Positions 26,221-39,590 of a stretch of DNA of 64,000 nt are shown one piece after another (the first letter of the stretch is position 1; the number at the start of each line of letters is the position of its first letter). The DNA comes from Octopus vulgaris (lineage: Eukaryota). The stretch is from the NCBI GenBank assembly GCA_951406725.2, contig OX597815.1, positions 207,390,001 through 207,454,000 on the forward strand, in the 5' to 3' direction. The translations under genes and the position numbers were made by a program. The notes under the pieces were generated by a model. That model made no database searches. It saw only the letters and a program-made list of their open reading frames with translations, and was not told the DNA's origin.

Positions 26221-29200
26221 TTTTATTTCAAATCTGTGAGGTGAATAACACAAATCTGTGATCATAAAATCATAAAAAGGTAGACGTCAGTAGTTTTTCC
26301 CCTTAACTTCACAACCATGAGAAACCATGTTTTGTTTAATGTTTGCCATCGAATAACCAGTCTTTATTTCCCATGTCATTATTTCTCATTCTGACTGCGT
26401 TCGTTTAATACCAAATCTAGTGGATGGCTATATTCCCAATCTTAAACCCCAATATCATTTCTCCAAATATTCTTATCCCATTTCTCCCTCTATTTGTACT
26501 CTATGAAATTCATCTAAGTTTTGATCAGACTAGTTTTCTGAGAATGATTATATTATGCCCTAAGTATATTTTTTAGTCTTCCTGGTTTGAATTTTCATTC
26601 ATAACCCGTGTGAAATCTCTAATATAATACATGAGACCATGTGTAGGATTGAATTAGAAGTAGCCAATGCATTGTGATGCTTCTAGGACGTCATTTTCAT
26701 TAATTTCACGATTGTGTTATTCTTTCAACTTTAATTTAAATGCAAACAGACGATTTTTTTTATATTTCAGAGAAACATTAAAACATTCCCATTATCAGTA
26801 ATTTACTGTTCTTTTACTTATCAATTATTTTAATCAATTAATCTTTCATCTCATGCTGCACAGCCTGCAGTATATTATGATATACTGTCAGTAGTATAAA
26901 TTTATACAAACGAATAATTTTACCCTTTTTCCCAGTTACATTATGATTTTATATTAGCAAAATAAATTGTTTAGAAGTACCAAAGTAATTCTTGTTATAC
27001 TCTCCCCACACCAAACTTATCTCTCTCTATTCAAATTTTAGGTGTAGGGTACAGTTGGCATGCAACACAGTTATGTGTATGCTTGAAATTTTACATTTAA
27101 AACATTGTTACATATGAAACGGCTGCATGAGGTAACTAGGAAGATAGACTAATAACCTCCAAAGAAATGGACGGAAATAAACTAAAATAAGGCTGTGAAG
27201 AGTGATGAGGAAATGAAAGCAAAATTATAGAATATATGTGTGCATGTTGTAGAAAGAGAGACATACAAACAGATAAAAATAAATAGAAAGTTCTGTTAAT
27301 AATTTATTAAGGCCGAAGAGGGTAAGGCCAAAGAAATATAAAAATGTTTGATTTGTTTTATGCAAAATCAAAAATATATAACCTAAGATACGAATTTTGA
27401 AATAGAATCATTAGTTGTTATATTCAATAGGAATTTTGGCGGTTTGGTTATAAGAAGCAGTACTTCCTTCAAATTATATTGGTTAATCCTAGATGTTATC
27501 AGAATGAATGTACCCATGATCAGGGCAACACAGTATATCGCGCACGGTAAAAAGCACATTGATACAGAGTCGAGTTCTCTGTTTTTTTTTAGTTTGATTT
27601 TTTTAATGTTTTCCGTACATTAATTGCAAAATGTCAACAAAGACACAGTCTACTCTTGAAGGATTCGCACTGAGGAATTTGTCCGTTACCAATTCTTCTA
27701 ATCAACCACACCTGAAATATTAAACTAAATATACATTTTATATAAGGTCGAACACCATCTTGATACGTTGAAGTATCACAAATGTACATCTTTAAAATGA
27801 TTGTCTTACTCCAATTGAGCAAAGAATATTAATGAATTTTCTTTACATACATTTTCTATGCAATTATTTAACTTTGCAGATATTTGGTCTTCAATATTTA
27901 ATGAAAATTTCATCTTATTTCAGCTTAATACCGTGTTTTATTTTCCTAAATTTTCTTGTAGCATTGTTTACAAGTGACGTTTCAATCTCTGAATTATCAA
28001 TTGTTTTTTTTTCTATTCATGGAATTCATGTTATTGTATTGTGTTATATATTTATGTTGTTGTAATTGTTGTTTACTATATTGTAAATGTACTTCATACT
28101 TAATATGTGTGTTGTCATCCTGTAATTGTTATTTTGTACGTTTTGTGATTTTGCCTCCCGCGCTATTATTGCTATTTGATACCCGCGACCCCTTTGCTTA
28201 TTGACCATTTAAAAAGACATTGCAGAAAAGCTAAAAGTGCAACAACTGATCCATAAATAGTAATAATTATTATCCCAAACACAACCATAGAACACACACA
28301 CACACACGCACACACACAGGCACGCGCATAAACACACGCGCGCGCGTACATACGCACATTTACACACATTCACTTAACATATAGATAGATTCATACATGC
28401 AAATGCTAGCAAGCTTCAAATGACAAGATGATTTTGATAACTTTTCATGTAATTTCAGAAGTAATATGCACATGTAAATATATATAAAATATTAAAAATA
28501 TTTATTTGTAATACCATATACATACAAATGCATTGATACACAAACGCACATGTACGTAAACACACATAAACCCACGAATATATGACCATTGTATCTTGTG
28601 AGCAACACATATTTACATGCATGGAATATAAGAATTCGGATGTGCATATATCACTACAGGTAATTATGTAAATATGCGTCAAAGCATATTGATAGCGAGT
28701 TAAGCAAAACCTAAGCAATTCCAAAGATGCGTGCACACTTGCGTCTTAAGTTTATACATATATACAATGGACTATAACAGATGTTGCTAAAATTTGTATC
28801 GCGCTTGTTTGTATTTTTCAGAAATAACCAGGGTCCACTGTCTCGGGTGGACAGGCAACCATCAAGAGAGTATGTGTGTCTCTTTATTGTGACTAAATTC
28901 ATACTTCTGTTTTGTCATGTCATGATAAAATAGGGCTTCCTAACAACCATGTCCCTTGCAAAAACGTTAAAGGAATACGTCTACTCTTTGAATCGACAAT
29001 TTCCATCTGCTTCGCGCTTAACATTGCATGTTATAATAAGTTGAAGGAAAGACTGCAATTGAAGTAAAGCATAATTGTTAATACTAAGTATAACAGATTA
29101 TTCTTGAACTTTTGACTAAACGGTTCTGTTATTTACAAACAAACTCCTTTTTTTTCTTTTCAACGCAACTATACTTCAAAGTATAACACTAATTCTCCTT

Positions 29201-31229
29201 TCAAATGTAACACACATTTCCCCCTCTACAGAAATTATTGTTTATGTCATGAATGTAAATAACACTATTCCTATTTTTCTACAATACTTCAATCCTAACC
29301 TTTTTTTTTAATATAATTATTCAATATATCGTTCAAAGCATAACATTTCTTACTTATTTTCTCTTTACGTGTAACAAATATGCCTTCTTGAGATTATCAT
29401 TAATATATTTGTTTAAATGATAAATAACATAACCTTTTTAATGTGATGTGTCATGTAATATATATTTTAAGATATATCGATAATTCGCTTATTGGTTCAA
29501 CATGAAATTCCTACTTTTCTGTATGAGAAATTTATTTACACGTAACCCTATCATTAATCGTGAAAAGCGATAATTCCATTTCTCCCACCTTCTTTTTTTT
29601 TTAATTCAAATTTAAATATAAAATAGATGTAGACTAACGTATCATTAAATAATTTATTGACAAGAAATTACCACACATCATCACTTTAATAATTTAATTT
29701 CATTAATTGCCTTACCCTGTCATGGACGGTTCATTTGTCTCATGTAAATTGTCATGTAAATCATACAGATTCAGTTGAATTACAAAGTTAGAAATAAACA
29801 ATTGTTGATCAAATTCCATTATACAAACTGTTTCGGAAGAACTGAATAGTTTAATAAGATGATAATGTTAATAATCATATAAATAATTGCATTGTCTGTA
29901 TTATTTACCCTTGAGTTTAGCCAAAATTAATTTAATTAAAAAGTAGTTGAACATTTTCAAAAAGTAGGAATTATATTAGAAAGTAGCCCAAAACGAAAAC
30001 CTTGGTTGTAAATTAAGGATATATAATAGATGGGTTGCTTTTTCATTGGTTCTAAGATAATTAGTTAAATATATGATATTCAGTAGGATTCTTACCTTTA
30101 AAAAAACTAACACACTCAAGTATCTTGCCGTCCTGAAAAGTAGCTCAATCTTCAACGTGTAGCCCAAACTTCCAATCAACCTTGTCAATCAACAGTTTGA
30201 CTAGTAAAAGTAGATATAGAAAAATAAATAGAATTTCGGTGAGAAATGTCAAACTTTTCCTAAGAAATTGACGTTCAGAAAAATATCACGAACAATTATG
30301 TAGTATCTATAAATTTCGTATAAGATAAGACTCAAATCTTTATGCTTTATTTTATTCAATCACTGCAAAAAAGAATTCGCAATGCAGCCGTTTTCGAGAC
30401 TTTTGAACATCTAATAATGATTTCTGGCATGGACACAAGTCTGTAAATTTTGACAGAGAGTTAGAGTTGAGCTTAGAGCATATCATGTATTTTATTTTAT
30501 TGACTTCAGAATGATAAATAGCAAAGTTAACTCCGGCAAGATTTAATCACAGAACTTAAAAGACTGTAACGAAATACCGAAAAGAACTTTGTCGTCTCTC
30601 TCTCTTTGCAGACTCTTAAAGATCACTCACCGGACTAAGCTTGTTAGAAAATAAAATAGAAAAAGTGATTAACAGTCTACAATCATCTATAGTCTTTCAA
30701 ATGGCGTCCAACAATCCAAATAAGAAATGTAATTTCACTTCTCGCAAAATTACTGGAAAATTAGCTACGATTGCTTACGTTTTAGACATATTTTTATTAG
30801 ACACAATGAATTAACTATTAGAGACAATTTAAGACAGTCGGTAGTTTCAAGCGTATCCGTTATCAGTCTCAAGTTGGCTTTTTACTAATGTTCGATATAT
30901 TACACAGAAAGTTTTAGAAATTAATTCACTCATAATATATTTTCATATTGTAAAGTTAGTACACGAATATTATTACAGAGATAGAGTACAAATAATTTCC
31001 ATTTAATGAATCTAAAGCTTCATTTTCCAAATTCCATCCTTTATCAATTTTAGTGCTTTTCTTCATTTGTTGAATTTTCTTTCCTTCTTCTTTTCTTTTC
31101 TTTCTTCACAGCGGTTTTCGATCAGTCATCTGAATTTCATAATAGCTATACTGAATTATCTATTTCACGGCTATTTATATCTGCTATACCAAATACACAC
31201 ACACACACCTTTACACGAAACCTTCTATT

Positions 31230-31281
<52 letters not shown>

Positions 31282-34009
31282 GGTAATAGGTATTCCTTCA
31301 TTTCTGAGTACTTTTCTTCTTTCCGTTTCTTCTATGACATGTTGGTGTTTCTGGCGACTAGGAAGTCCAACTTATATATATATATATATATGTATATATA
31401 TGTAAAAATATGTATATATATATATATGTATGTAAAAATATGTATATATATATTTATATATATATATGTACATACATACATATATACATACATACATTAC
31501 ATTACATTACATTGCGCGTAAACACACACCACACACACCTATATAATGATCTCATTTAAATACACTAATGCTAGACACATTTCACGCTTTCTTCTATTGG
31601 TAAATGTCTTTACTAACACTGTATCATATTCCAGCTGCTCTAGCACCAAAATGATGCTAAGCTTGAAGCATTAACTGTTTTGTTCTTTAATACCTCAGTA
31701 TTGTTGTTATGGACATCGTCAACATTTGTTTTATGTTAATGTTACTGTTGATGTTGTTGTTGTTGTTGTTACTGTTTTATTATCTGCTCTCAACCTTGTT
31801 TGCAGCATTAACTTAATGGAATCATGCAACTATTATTTGGTAGACACAGTTGCTCATACAATGTGAATTATATACGTTGTTATATGAGGCAAATATGAAC
31901 AAATAGGCATGAAATGTTGATATTCCTATATAACTATTACGTATAAAACTCTGAGTATCAAATGGCTCAAAACAGATATAGTCATGAAACAAGAGTATGA
32001 AAATAATGATACTAACTGTTTATGTTTCTATAGACACGTACATGTACAGATGAACGTTTATACTTAAATACATATGCACGTGGAGATGGGTATCTGTACT
32101 TAAATACTTATGTGTATACATATTTAAAATTGTATATGCTAAATATATAAGTTTATAGTAAGAAGTTCATGTGTACTGTTTATTCCCAATATGTCTCTAT
32201 ACGCTAGTCTTTTAATAAGATTAGACACCATCGATGCACGTCATCAGTATGCATATACATAAACGTCTAAATACGTTCTCAGAAAAAAAACAACATTATT
32301 ATTAATATATTTTGTACATGCACGAATATGTTAATACTCACCCGCATTGTGTATAAATATATGGATACAAACATGCAAGTGTATGTAAATGTCATTGCTT
32401 AACCGTTATTATGATTAGTGTTAATTCTACAAGTTAATTGCTGTCAATTATTTCATAGATATCAAAATATGAGATGTAGAATACAAATTTAATAGTTTAC
32501 TTTTTCACCGTTTGCATTCTTTTTCTTTCTTGATGAGGTCATAGTTATTATTGTGAATATAAATGAATTTTAGCTGAGCATTCATTCTAGCTTAGCATTT
32601 TCCAAATATCCCTTGAACCATTGCCATGAATGCCATAGGGTAAGCTGATGTTATCAAACATCATATAGGCTACCGTTCGAATTCATTGAGGTATTTTAAA
32701 ATTTTTATGAAGGAAAAACTTTTGCTTGGTTGTTTTTCTTTCACTTTAATATTTGGCAAGAATAAACTAACACAGAACCGTTCCTGTAAGTCACAAAATA
32801 TTCAAGGCACAGGTATCATTCCGCAATTGAAAAAGCAACTTTTCTCTTTTTTACAATTCATCATCCTTTTAGGAGCAAATATTGCATTTAGCCAGCTTAT
32901 AGAATATATAGAGTCAGATCTCTAATCTAACGCTTACAGTTTCAGTTATTATCTCTCTAGATAATATATTTGCTTCAATTTCCGAAGTGGTCCACGTAAT
33001 AGAGACTACGATATATTGCTACAGCATCTCTTTGAAACAGTACTCGCAGACATTACTCTTAGATGCTTCATAGTTACTGCTGAATTTCCTTGCTACTAGT
33101 TGTTTGTACAGCGTATAGGTTTCTAGAGTGCATGATACATGGTAACTCTCTGATAATCTGGTCTCGGTCAATTACAATACTTCATTGGTGATTGACTCTG
33201 TTGGTAAAACTTTTGGAGCTGAAGAGTCCGGTCCTCTTAAATAAATATTCATTGTGTGGATATAACAAGTGGTAAGTAAATTGTTAGATTTTTTTTACGA
33301 GGTCACAACTTATTCTATACTTACATCACACCACCGAATATCAAGAAATAAAATATAACTCACAGTTAAATTAAATTTAGGCGAACTACAGCCGTATCGA
33401 GCTGTCGTATTTCTTTAATTTATTGTATATTTTCAGCTCCATATAAGAAACAAACGAAGACTAAAATATTGATTATTAACTACATATTTCATTTCATATA
33501 ATTGATTTTAATTACACCAATTCCAAAGCACAGAAATACACATGGCCTTTACTCTATTCATTTACATGCACCGAACCTGTTTTGCCAAGAAATGATCAAA
33601 GTTATTTGTTCTAGGAGATGAAAAAAATACCAGTTCATATGCAGATTTCCTATTCGAATTCTGTAAAGTCGACAAATATAAGGCGGGGGGGGGGGAATAT
33701 ATAATATAAATATTGACATGAGAAATTAAAAGTAATTCGTACTAGTTCGTACTAGAATCGATGCTCAACTCTGCTGCTCTGAGCAAGTCAAACGTCAATC
33801 CCCAGCGGTTCACTATCGAGTGCTTTATGGAATATTCCACTTTTTCTATCTCTCGATGAGTCCTACCAAGTTGACAATTAAGTGGTAATAAAGAGTTTCG
33901 ATCCGTTTTACCACCCCCAGCGCACAATCTACACACATACACACACACATACACGTTTATTTGCATTATAAAGAAAGCTGAGTTTTATTAGATACTTATT
34001 CGAAAGTTG

Positions 34010-34277
34010 GTGGAGGCGCGTGGCTTAGTGGTTATTGTGTCAGCATCATGATCGTAAGATTGTGGTTTCGATTCCTGGAGCGGGCGACGCGTTGTGTTCT
34101 TGAGCAAAACACTTCATTTCACGTTGCTCCAGTTCACTCAGCTGGCAAAAATGAGTAACGCTGCGATGGACTGGCGTCCCGTCCAGCTGGGGAACACATA
34201 CGCTATAGAAACCGGGAAAAAAGGCCCATGAGCCTGGTTAGGCTTTAAAAAGGGCGCATTTATTGTATATTATTTTT
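34010..34277 (+). mobile_element. tRNA-derived SINE C3 with CORE-like body and 14-bp TSD
   Basis: A box TGGCTTAGTGG, B box GTTTCGATTCC, CORE-like TGTGTTCTTGAGCAAAACACTT; TSD TTATTCGAAAGTTG at 33996-34009 and 34278-34291. Confidence 0.88.
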
Positions 34278-34662
34278 TTATTCGAAAGTTGAATAGTTGC
34301 ATTGTAAAACGCAAAGTATCTCCAATAAAGTTAACTGATTTTCACTGAACAAAATCAGTTTCATGTTTTGTGTACTTGAGCGGAGCGTCATGTTTTTAGC
34401 GTATAATTTTCTACAATATAAGCAAGGGCTAACGTTTCATCTTTTTTATATTTATATGTGAAGCTTCAAAATGCTTCTCTCCCTCTCTCTCTCTCACTTT
34501 GTATATATGTATGTGTATGTATGTGTGTATATACGTATGCGTGTGTGTATATAACTTATATATATAAAGATAATGTTATATATATATATATATATATATA
34601 TAACAATATCACATTTCCATACAAAACGAACAAATTTTCCTAAATCTTCTCACTATCTCTAG

Positions 34663-34864
34663 ATGGAAAATTGGCAAGTTCGGTCCGTGCACTTCGGAAT
34701 GTGGCGGAGGAATGCAATATCGACGTGTCGAGTGTGTTCAGGGAAATCAAGAAATCAGCAGAGTCGTCGACAATAATCTATGTCCCCTACCACATCCAGC
34801 CAGCGAACAGACGTGCAACAATCATAAGTGTGGATCTTTGTGGTCCGTTGGTCTCTGGAGCCCA
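34663..34864 (+). CDS. ADAMTSL1: ADAMTS-like exon B, TSP1 repeat
   Basis: ctatctctAG acceptor. WKIGKFGPCTSECGGGMQYRRVECVQGNQEISRVVDNNLCPLPHPASEQTCNNHKCGSLWSVGLWSP. Donor CCA|GTAAGT, phase 0. Confidence 0.93.
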
Positions 34865-35025
34865 GTAAGTCGTTTATGTTTTCGTGTAGTTTTTTTTTTT
34901 CTTTATAAGATTTCGAATCTGTTTTTTTGTTGTTGTTTTATTGTTTATGATACAGTAACACTAGAGCGAATATCTTTTAAAATAATTCTCACATTATTTA
35001 CTGCTTCTGTAAAATGAAATAAAAT

Positions 35026-35376
35026 ACTCTTTACTCTCTTTTTACTCCTTTACTTGTTTCAGTCATTTGACTGCGGCCATGCTGGAGCACCGCCTTTAGT
35101 CGACGTAAACACACCAGCATCGGTTGTCAAGCGATGTTGGGGGGACAAACACAGACACACAAACATATACACACACATACATATGTATACATATATATAC
35201 ATATATATACATATATACGACGGGCTTCTTTCAGTTTCCGTCTACCAAATCCATTTACAAGGCTTTGGTCGGCCCGGGGCTATAGTAGAAGACACTTGCC
35301 CAAGGTACCACGCAGTGGGACTGAACCTGGAACTATGTAGTTCGTAAGTAATCTACTTGCTACACAGCCACTCCTA
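35026..35376 (-). mobile_element. SINE A (-) with internal deletion
   Basis: ...CGCCTTTAGTCGA|CGTAAACACACC junction removes roughly 80 bp of the consensus. Confidence 0.88.
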
Positions 35377-35394
35377 CGATGATGATTCAAAAAT

Positions 35395-35575
35395 TATTTT
35401 GGCACAAGACCAGCAAGTTCGGGGTAAGTCGATTAAATCGACTCCAGTACTCAACTGGTACTTATTTTATCGACCCTACAACGATGAAAGTTCGCCTCGG
35501 TGGAATTTGAACTCAGAAAGTAGAGACGGGCGAAATGCCGGTAAGCATATTGCCCGGCATGCTAACGATTCCGAT
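35395..35575 (-). mobile_element. SINE B (-), degenerate
   Basis: CAACTGGTACTTATTTTATCGACCC...GGAATTTGAACTCAGAA. Confidence 0.75.
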
Positions 35576-35611
35576 TATTTACACATATCTACTACTTTCA
35601 CGCGGACGAAG

Positions 35612-35646
<35 letters not shown>

Positions 35647-35708
35647 ATACTACCACTACCTCCACCACCACCACCACCACCACCACCACCACCACCACCA
35701 CCACCACC

Positions 35709-35764
<56 letters not shown>

Positions 35765-35775
35765 CACTTCTACTA
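35612..35775. repeat. (TAC)n/(CAC)n compound trinucleotide microsatellite
   Basis: Direct inspection; source of the poly-Thr/Val/Tyr ORFs. Confidence 0.95.
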
Positions 35776-35994
35776 TTGCTGCTGCTGATGATGACCGACG
35801 TTTTACACCTTTGCGGTTGTAATTTCTATGGGCTAAAAGATATTTTCTGGTCTCCACTTTAAGTATGGTGACCTATACGTATTTTTTGTTGATAATTTTA
35901 ACTCTACTACTTGGAATCATGCAAACTTGAGGGTGTGTGTATGTGTGTGTTCGTGTATATATGCATATAATGTGTATACATGTATATATATATA

Positions 35995-36041
<47 letters not shown>

Positions 36042-36061
36042 ATATATTTTGTGTGTGTGTA

Positions 36062-36168
36062 TGTGAAGGCGCATGGACCGGTGGTTAGGGTATTTGGACT
36101 CACGATCGCTAGATTCCGGCTTCCATTCCCCGACCGAGTGACGCGTTGCGTTCCTTAGCAAAACACTG
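36062..36168 (+). mobile_element. SINE C-type tRNA head fragment
   Basis: GTGAAGGCGCATGGACCGGTGGTTAGGG...GCGTTGCGTTCCTTAGCAAAACACT. Confidence 0.65.
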
Positions 36169-36170
36169 CG

Positions 36171-36201
<31 letters not shown>

Positions 36202-37895
36202 GTATATATATATATATACGGTTTGCTGCTTCACAAGATTATACAACATCGTTTCCATTATTCAACTGAATATGGCTCACATGATTCTCCAGATTAGTCG
36301 ACAGCTTGTTTAGCAAAGCTAATTATTTTTTTCCCATCGGTGTACTTATATTATGAAATAAAATTTATTAAGAACATTTGTCAGCAGCCGTAAACTTCCA
36401 AAATATATTTCGTAAGCAGAAAGCATAATAATTTTTCAGGAATTAAATCAATTACTTTAATGAAAGTGGGACAGGATGTTATTATATTCCTCTTTCACGA
36501 TCTATTTCTTCTCATAAATATACATATTTAAGTCACTTAATGACTAGAGAAGGAATGTTGTCGATCTTTGAGGAATTTGTGAAGGAGTTAGAAATAGGAT
36601 CAGACTGTAATAGGCTTTTATCCATTCTATCACAGAAAAGAAAAACAAGTAACAAATTCTTTAAGTATTATCATATCTACCATTTACTGTTCAGAAGATC
36701 TTAATGAAGCCTACCATTGTAAGATTGTTAAACATTGTAATCTATTTAGAGTCCACATAGCAAATTAGTCTTCAGGTTCGTTCAAATATAAAACGATAAT
36801 TTTAGATTCACTTTTACTGAAATCAAAATGTATTCTCTCTATAGCGTAGCAACAGAATAATCTTTTGCTAGGAAGAACGGTCATCATGAACATTATCGTT
36901 GTCGTATCATCGTCATCGTCTGACAGTTGTTTACCATTTGATACAAGATATTTATCATAAAGTAATTATGGCTGGTAACTTTAATAATTATGTACGATTA
37001 GTATAGTATTTACTTCAATAAATACGTTGCTACGTTTTGATAATGCCACGTAATTTTAAGACTGTGTGAACACACACGCACACAGTAAGTTTTTCTCATT
37101 GCTATATGAAAATCAGAGAACCTAGTTTATTCTGGAGCATACTGGACAATTCGGGTGAAATACTAGCTTCCAGATTAAAGAAGCACTAATATAAAGATCA
37201 TTACATTCGCTTTACCTGTGTTATACAGAGCTACATTATTCTATGTTTCCTTCCGTTTTTCAAGAGTGTAAAGGTAATGGTAAAGGTACACTGTAATTTG
37301 AGTGATATTCAGTTACTATTTTTAGCATATCTGGTGACCACCTTGAGACTCTTTCAGTGTTTTGTATAAAGATCCTCGCAAGAATTTCTTGATAAATTTG
37401 AACAACCCTAGATTTTGTAGCGAAAAGTATACTTTGAGTTCCAGCATATTCTTTTCCGAAGAATATATTGAACTAAGAAATTTACCTCTGTACTACAATA
37501 TCCAATGCATTTTTTGAATAGTTATTTCTTCCAATGAGGCAAAAAGTTTTTAAAAGAGTGAAACAGAAATTTGTGCTAGTAATGCATTTCCTACGGACAT
37601 CAAAGGTTTAATTATATGATACAGTCTTAAGGTAAAGATCAAGACGATGCTAAAAACTCGGCTTACAGAGACTTTAAGCATTGCTTACATTGTTCGCCAC
37701 CTTACTTAACAATTGGAAATATTGTAGACGAGTAATTCAATATGACATTTGAATATTTTATTTATATCTAAAAGGCAACTTCTTAAATATGTTGCATAAT
37801 ATTTTTTTTATAAATATATTCCCTACATTGAATTGATTTAAATGAATATCGATAAATGCATTTCTTTTAAATGTGACCAAATGAAAACATTAATT

Positions 37896-37929
<34 letters not shown>

Positions 37930-37957
37930 GCGAGAAAGAAGCAACAAGAATGGATAG

Positions 37958-38053
37958 GTTTTTAGTACAATCGTTTCATACAAGGACAGGCTTTATTAAA
38001 AGTTGCAAAAATTACAGCATATAAACGTGTCCCGTACTCATCAGCTAAAATAC
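37958..38053 (-). ncRNA. Type I hammerhead ribozyme, inverted copy
   Basis: Reverse complement of 38715-38810 (TCATCAG at 38038-38044). Confidence 0.75.
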
Positions 38054-38714
38054 ATGTGAGTTCTCTAGACATCCTAGTGGTTGAGGCTATACTCATGAAG
38101 TAATGTAGATAATTAAGTAACATAAACAGATTTCCAAAGTTCATTACAGTAACATAAACAGATTTCCAAAGTTCATTCTCTGCCTCTCTAGAAAGCCCTT
38201 CAGCCTTTAAAAGTTAAATAGCTACAGCCTCTTGTAAATAGCAGTAATGTGATTAATGTGGCAAATACCTAATCATATAACAAGAATTGATACCTACCTC
38301 ATGTGTTCAACCATTGATAAATTTATCGCCTGTGAATATGAAATTCCTCTTCATTTCTCTGGAAATTTACATCTACACCATTGGAAATTGTGCATCTATA
38401 CAAAGGATTAATTCACCCTCTCTGTAATGCTAATAAGCAGGAATTGAGACCCACCTCGTTGTGATTAACAATGGATAAATTTGTCGTCTGTGAGTATGTA
38501 ATCCCTCCTCATATCTCTGGAAATTCATATGTGCACTATGGATTAGGTCACCTTCTCTGTGATGCTATTAAAACTTTTTTAAAATTCTGTGATAAGACTG
38601 TACATCATCTTTAAAGAACTTTAATGAACTTTGGAAATCTGTTTATGTTACTTAATTATCTACATTACTTCATGAGTATAGCCTCAACCACTAGGATGTC
38701 TAGAGAACTCACAT

Positions 38715-38810
38715 GTATTTTAGCTGATGAGTACGGGACACGTTTATATGCTGTAATTTTTGCAACTTTTAATAAAGCCTGTCCTTGTATGAAACGATTG
38801 TACTAAAAAC
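38715..38810 (+). ncRNA. Type I hammerhead ribozyme (sense to the host gene)
   Basis: Stem I TTTTAG(38718-23)/CTAAAA(38803-08); CTGATGA 38724-30; stem II GTACGGGACA/TGTCCTTGTAT; GAAA 38791-94; minimal stem III AC-GATT-GT; GUA cleavage triplet 38800-02. Confidence 0.78.
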
Positions 38811-38957
38811 CTATCCATTCTTGTTGCTTCTTTCTCGCTTATAATCACCCCACATTACTGTATTGTTAAAACACTATAGTTTTTTTTTGGTGCATCTAAG
38901 TTAGGTACCATATTCAAGTAAATTCATTTAAATTAACTTGAATCTTTATTGCTTTTG

Positions 38958-39032
<75 letters not shown>

Positions 39033-39036
<4 letters not shown>

Positions 39037-39459
39037 CGCAGGAGTGGCTGTGTCGTAAGTAGCTTGTTTACCAACCACATGGTTCCGGGTTCAGTCCCAC
39101 TGCGTGGCACCTTCGGCAAGTATCTTCTACTATAGCCTCGGGCCGACCAAAGCCTTGTGAGTGGATTTGGTAGACGGAAACTGAAAGAAGCCCGTCGTAT
39201 TTATGTATATATATAACTATATATATGCGTATGTGTGTATATGTTTGTGTGTCTGTGTTTGTACCCCTAGCATTGCTTGACAATCGATGCTGGTGTGTTT
39301 ATGTCCCCGTTACTTAGCGTTTCGGCAAAAGAGACCGATAGAATAAGTACTGGGCTTACAAAAGAATAAGTCCCGGGGTCGAGTTGCTCGATTAAAGGCG
39401 GTGCTCCACCATGGCCGCAGTCAAATGACTGAAACAAGTTAAAGAGTAAAGAGTAAAGA

Positions 39460-39460
<1 letters not shown>
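39033..39460 (+). mobile_element. SINE A inserted in (TA)n, about 130 bp upstream of the exon C acceptor
   Basis: Full consensus with (TA)n on both sides. Confidence 0.92.
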
Positions 39461-39510
<50 letters not shown>

Positions 39511-39590
39511 TTTAAATGTATTTTTCTTGTTTTTGCAATTTATAGGTAATTTAATATGTTTTTTTTTCTTTCTCATTTTTCATTTCATAG

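Larger units (their letters stand above)
37930..38838. mobile_element. Non-autonomous Penelope/retrozyme-like element with 217-bp inverted arms (37930-38146 / 38622-38838)
   Basis: No mismatch seen by eye between the arms, and identical 60-aa translations at 37962-38144(-) and 38624-38806(+). Starts right after (TA)n. Each arm contains a hammerhead motif. The inverted repeat is certain; the element class is inferred. Confidence 0.75.

Noticed and set aside
25775-26265. Overlapping YI-rich ORFs (also 6184-6465, 8715-9346, 23579-23796, 61310-61747)
   Set aside because: Stop-free TA/CA/TATG microsatellites with no splice or domain support.
34010-34085. tRNA gene candidates (also 17780-17851, 21400-21479, 51895-51973)
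   Set aside because: SINE heads continuing into SINE bodies with TSDs; no full cloverleaf.
37962-38806. Two identical 60-aa ORFs (MNFGNLFMLL...)
   Set aside because: Consequence of the inverted repeat; no recognisable domain; the RNA motif explains the sequence better.
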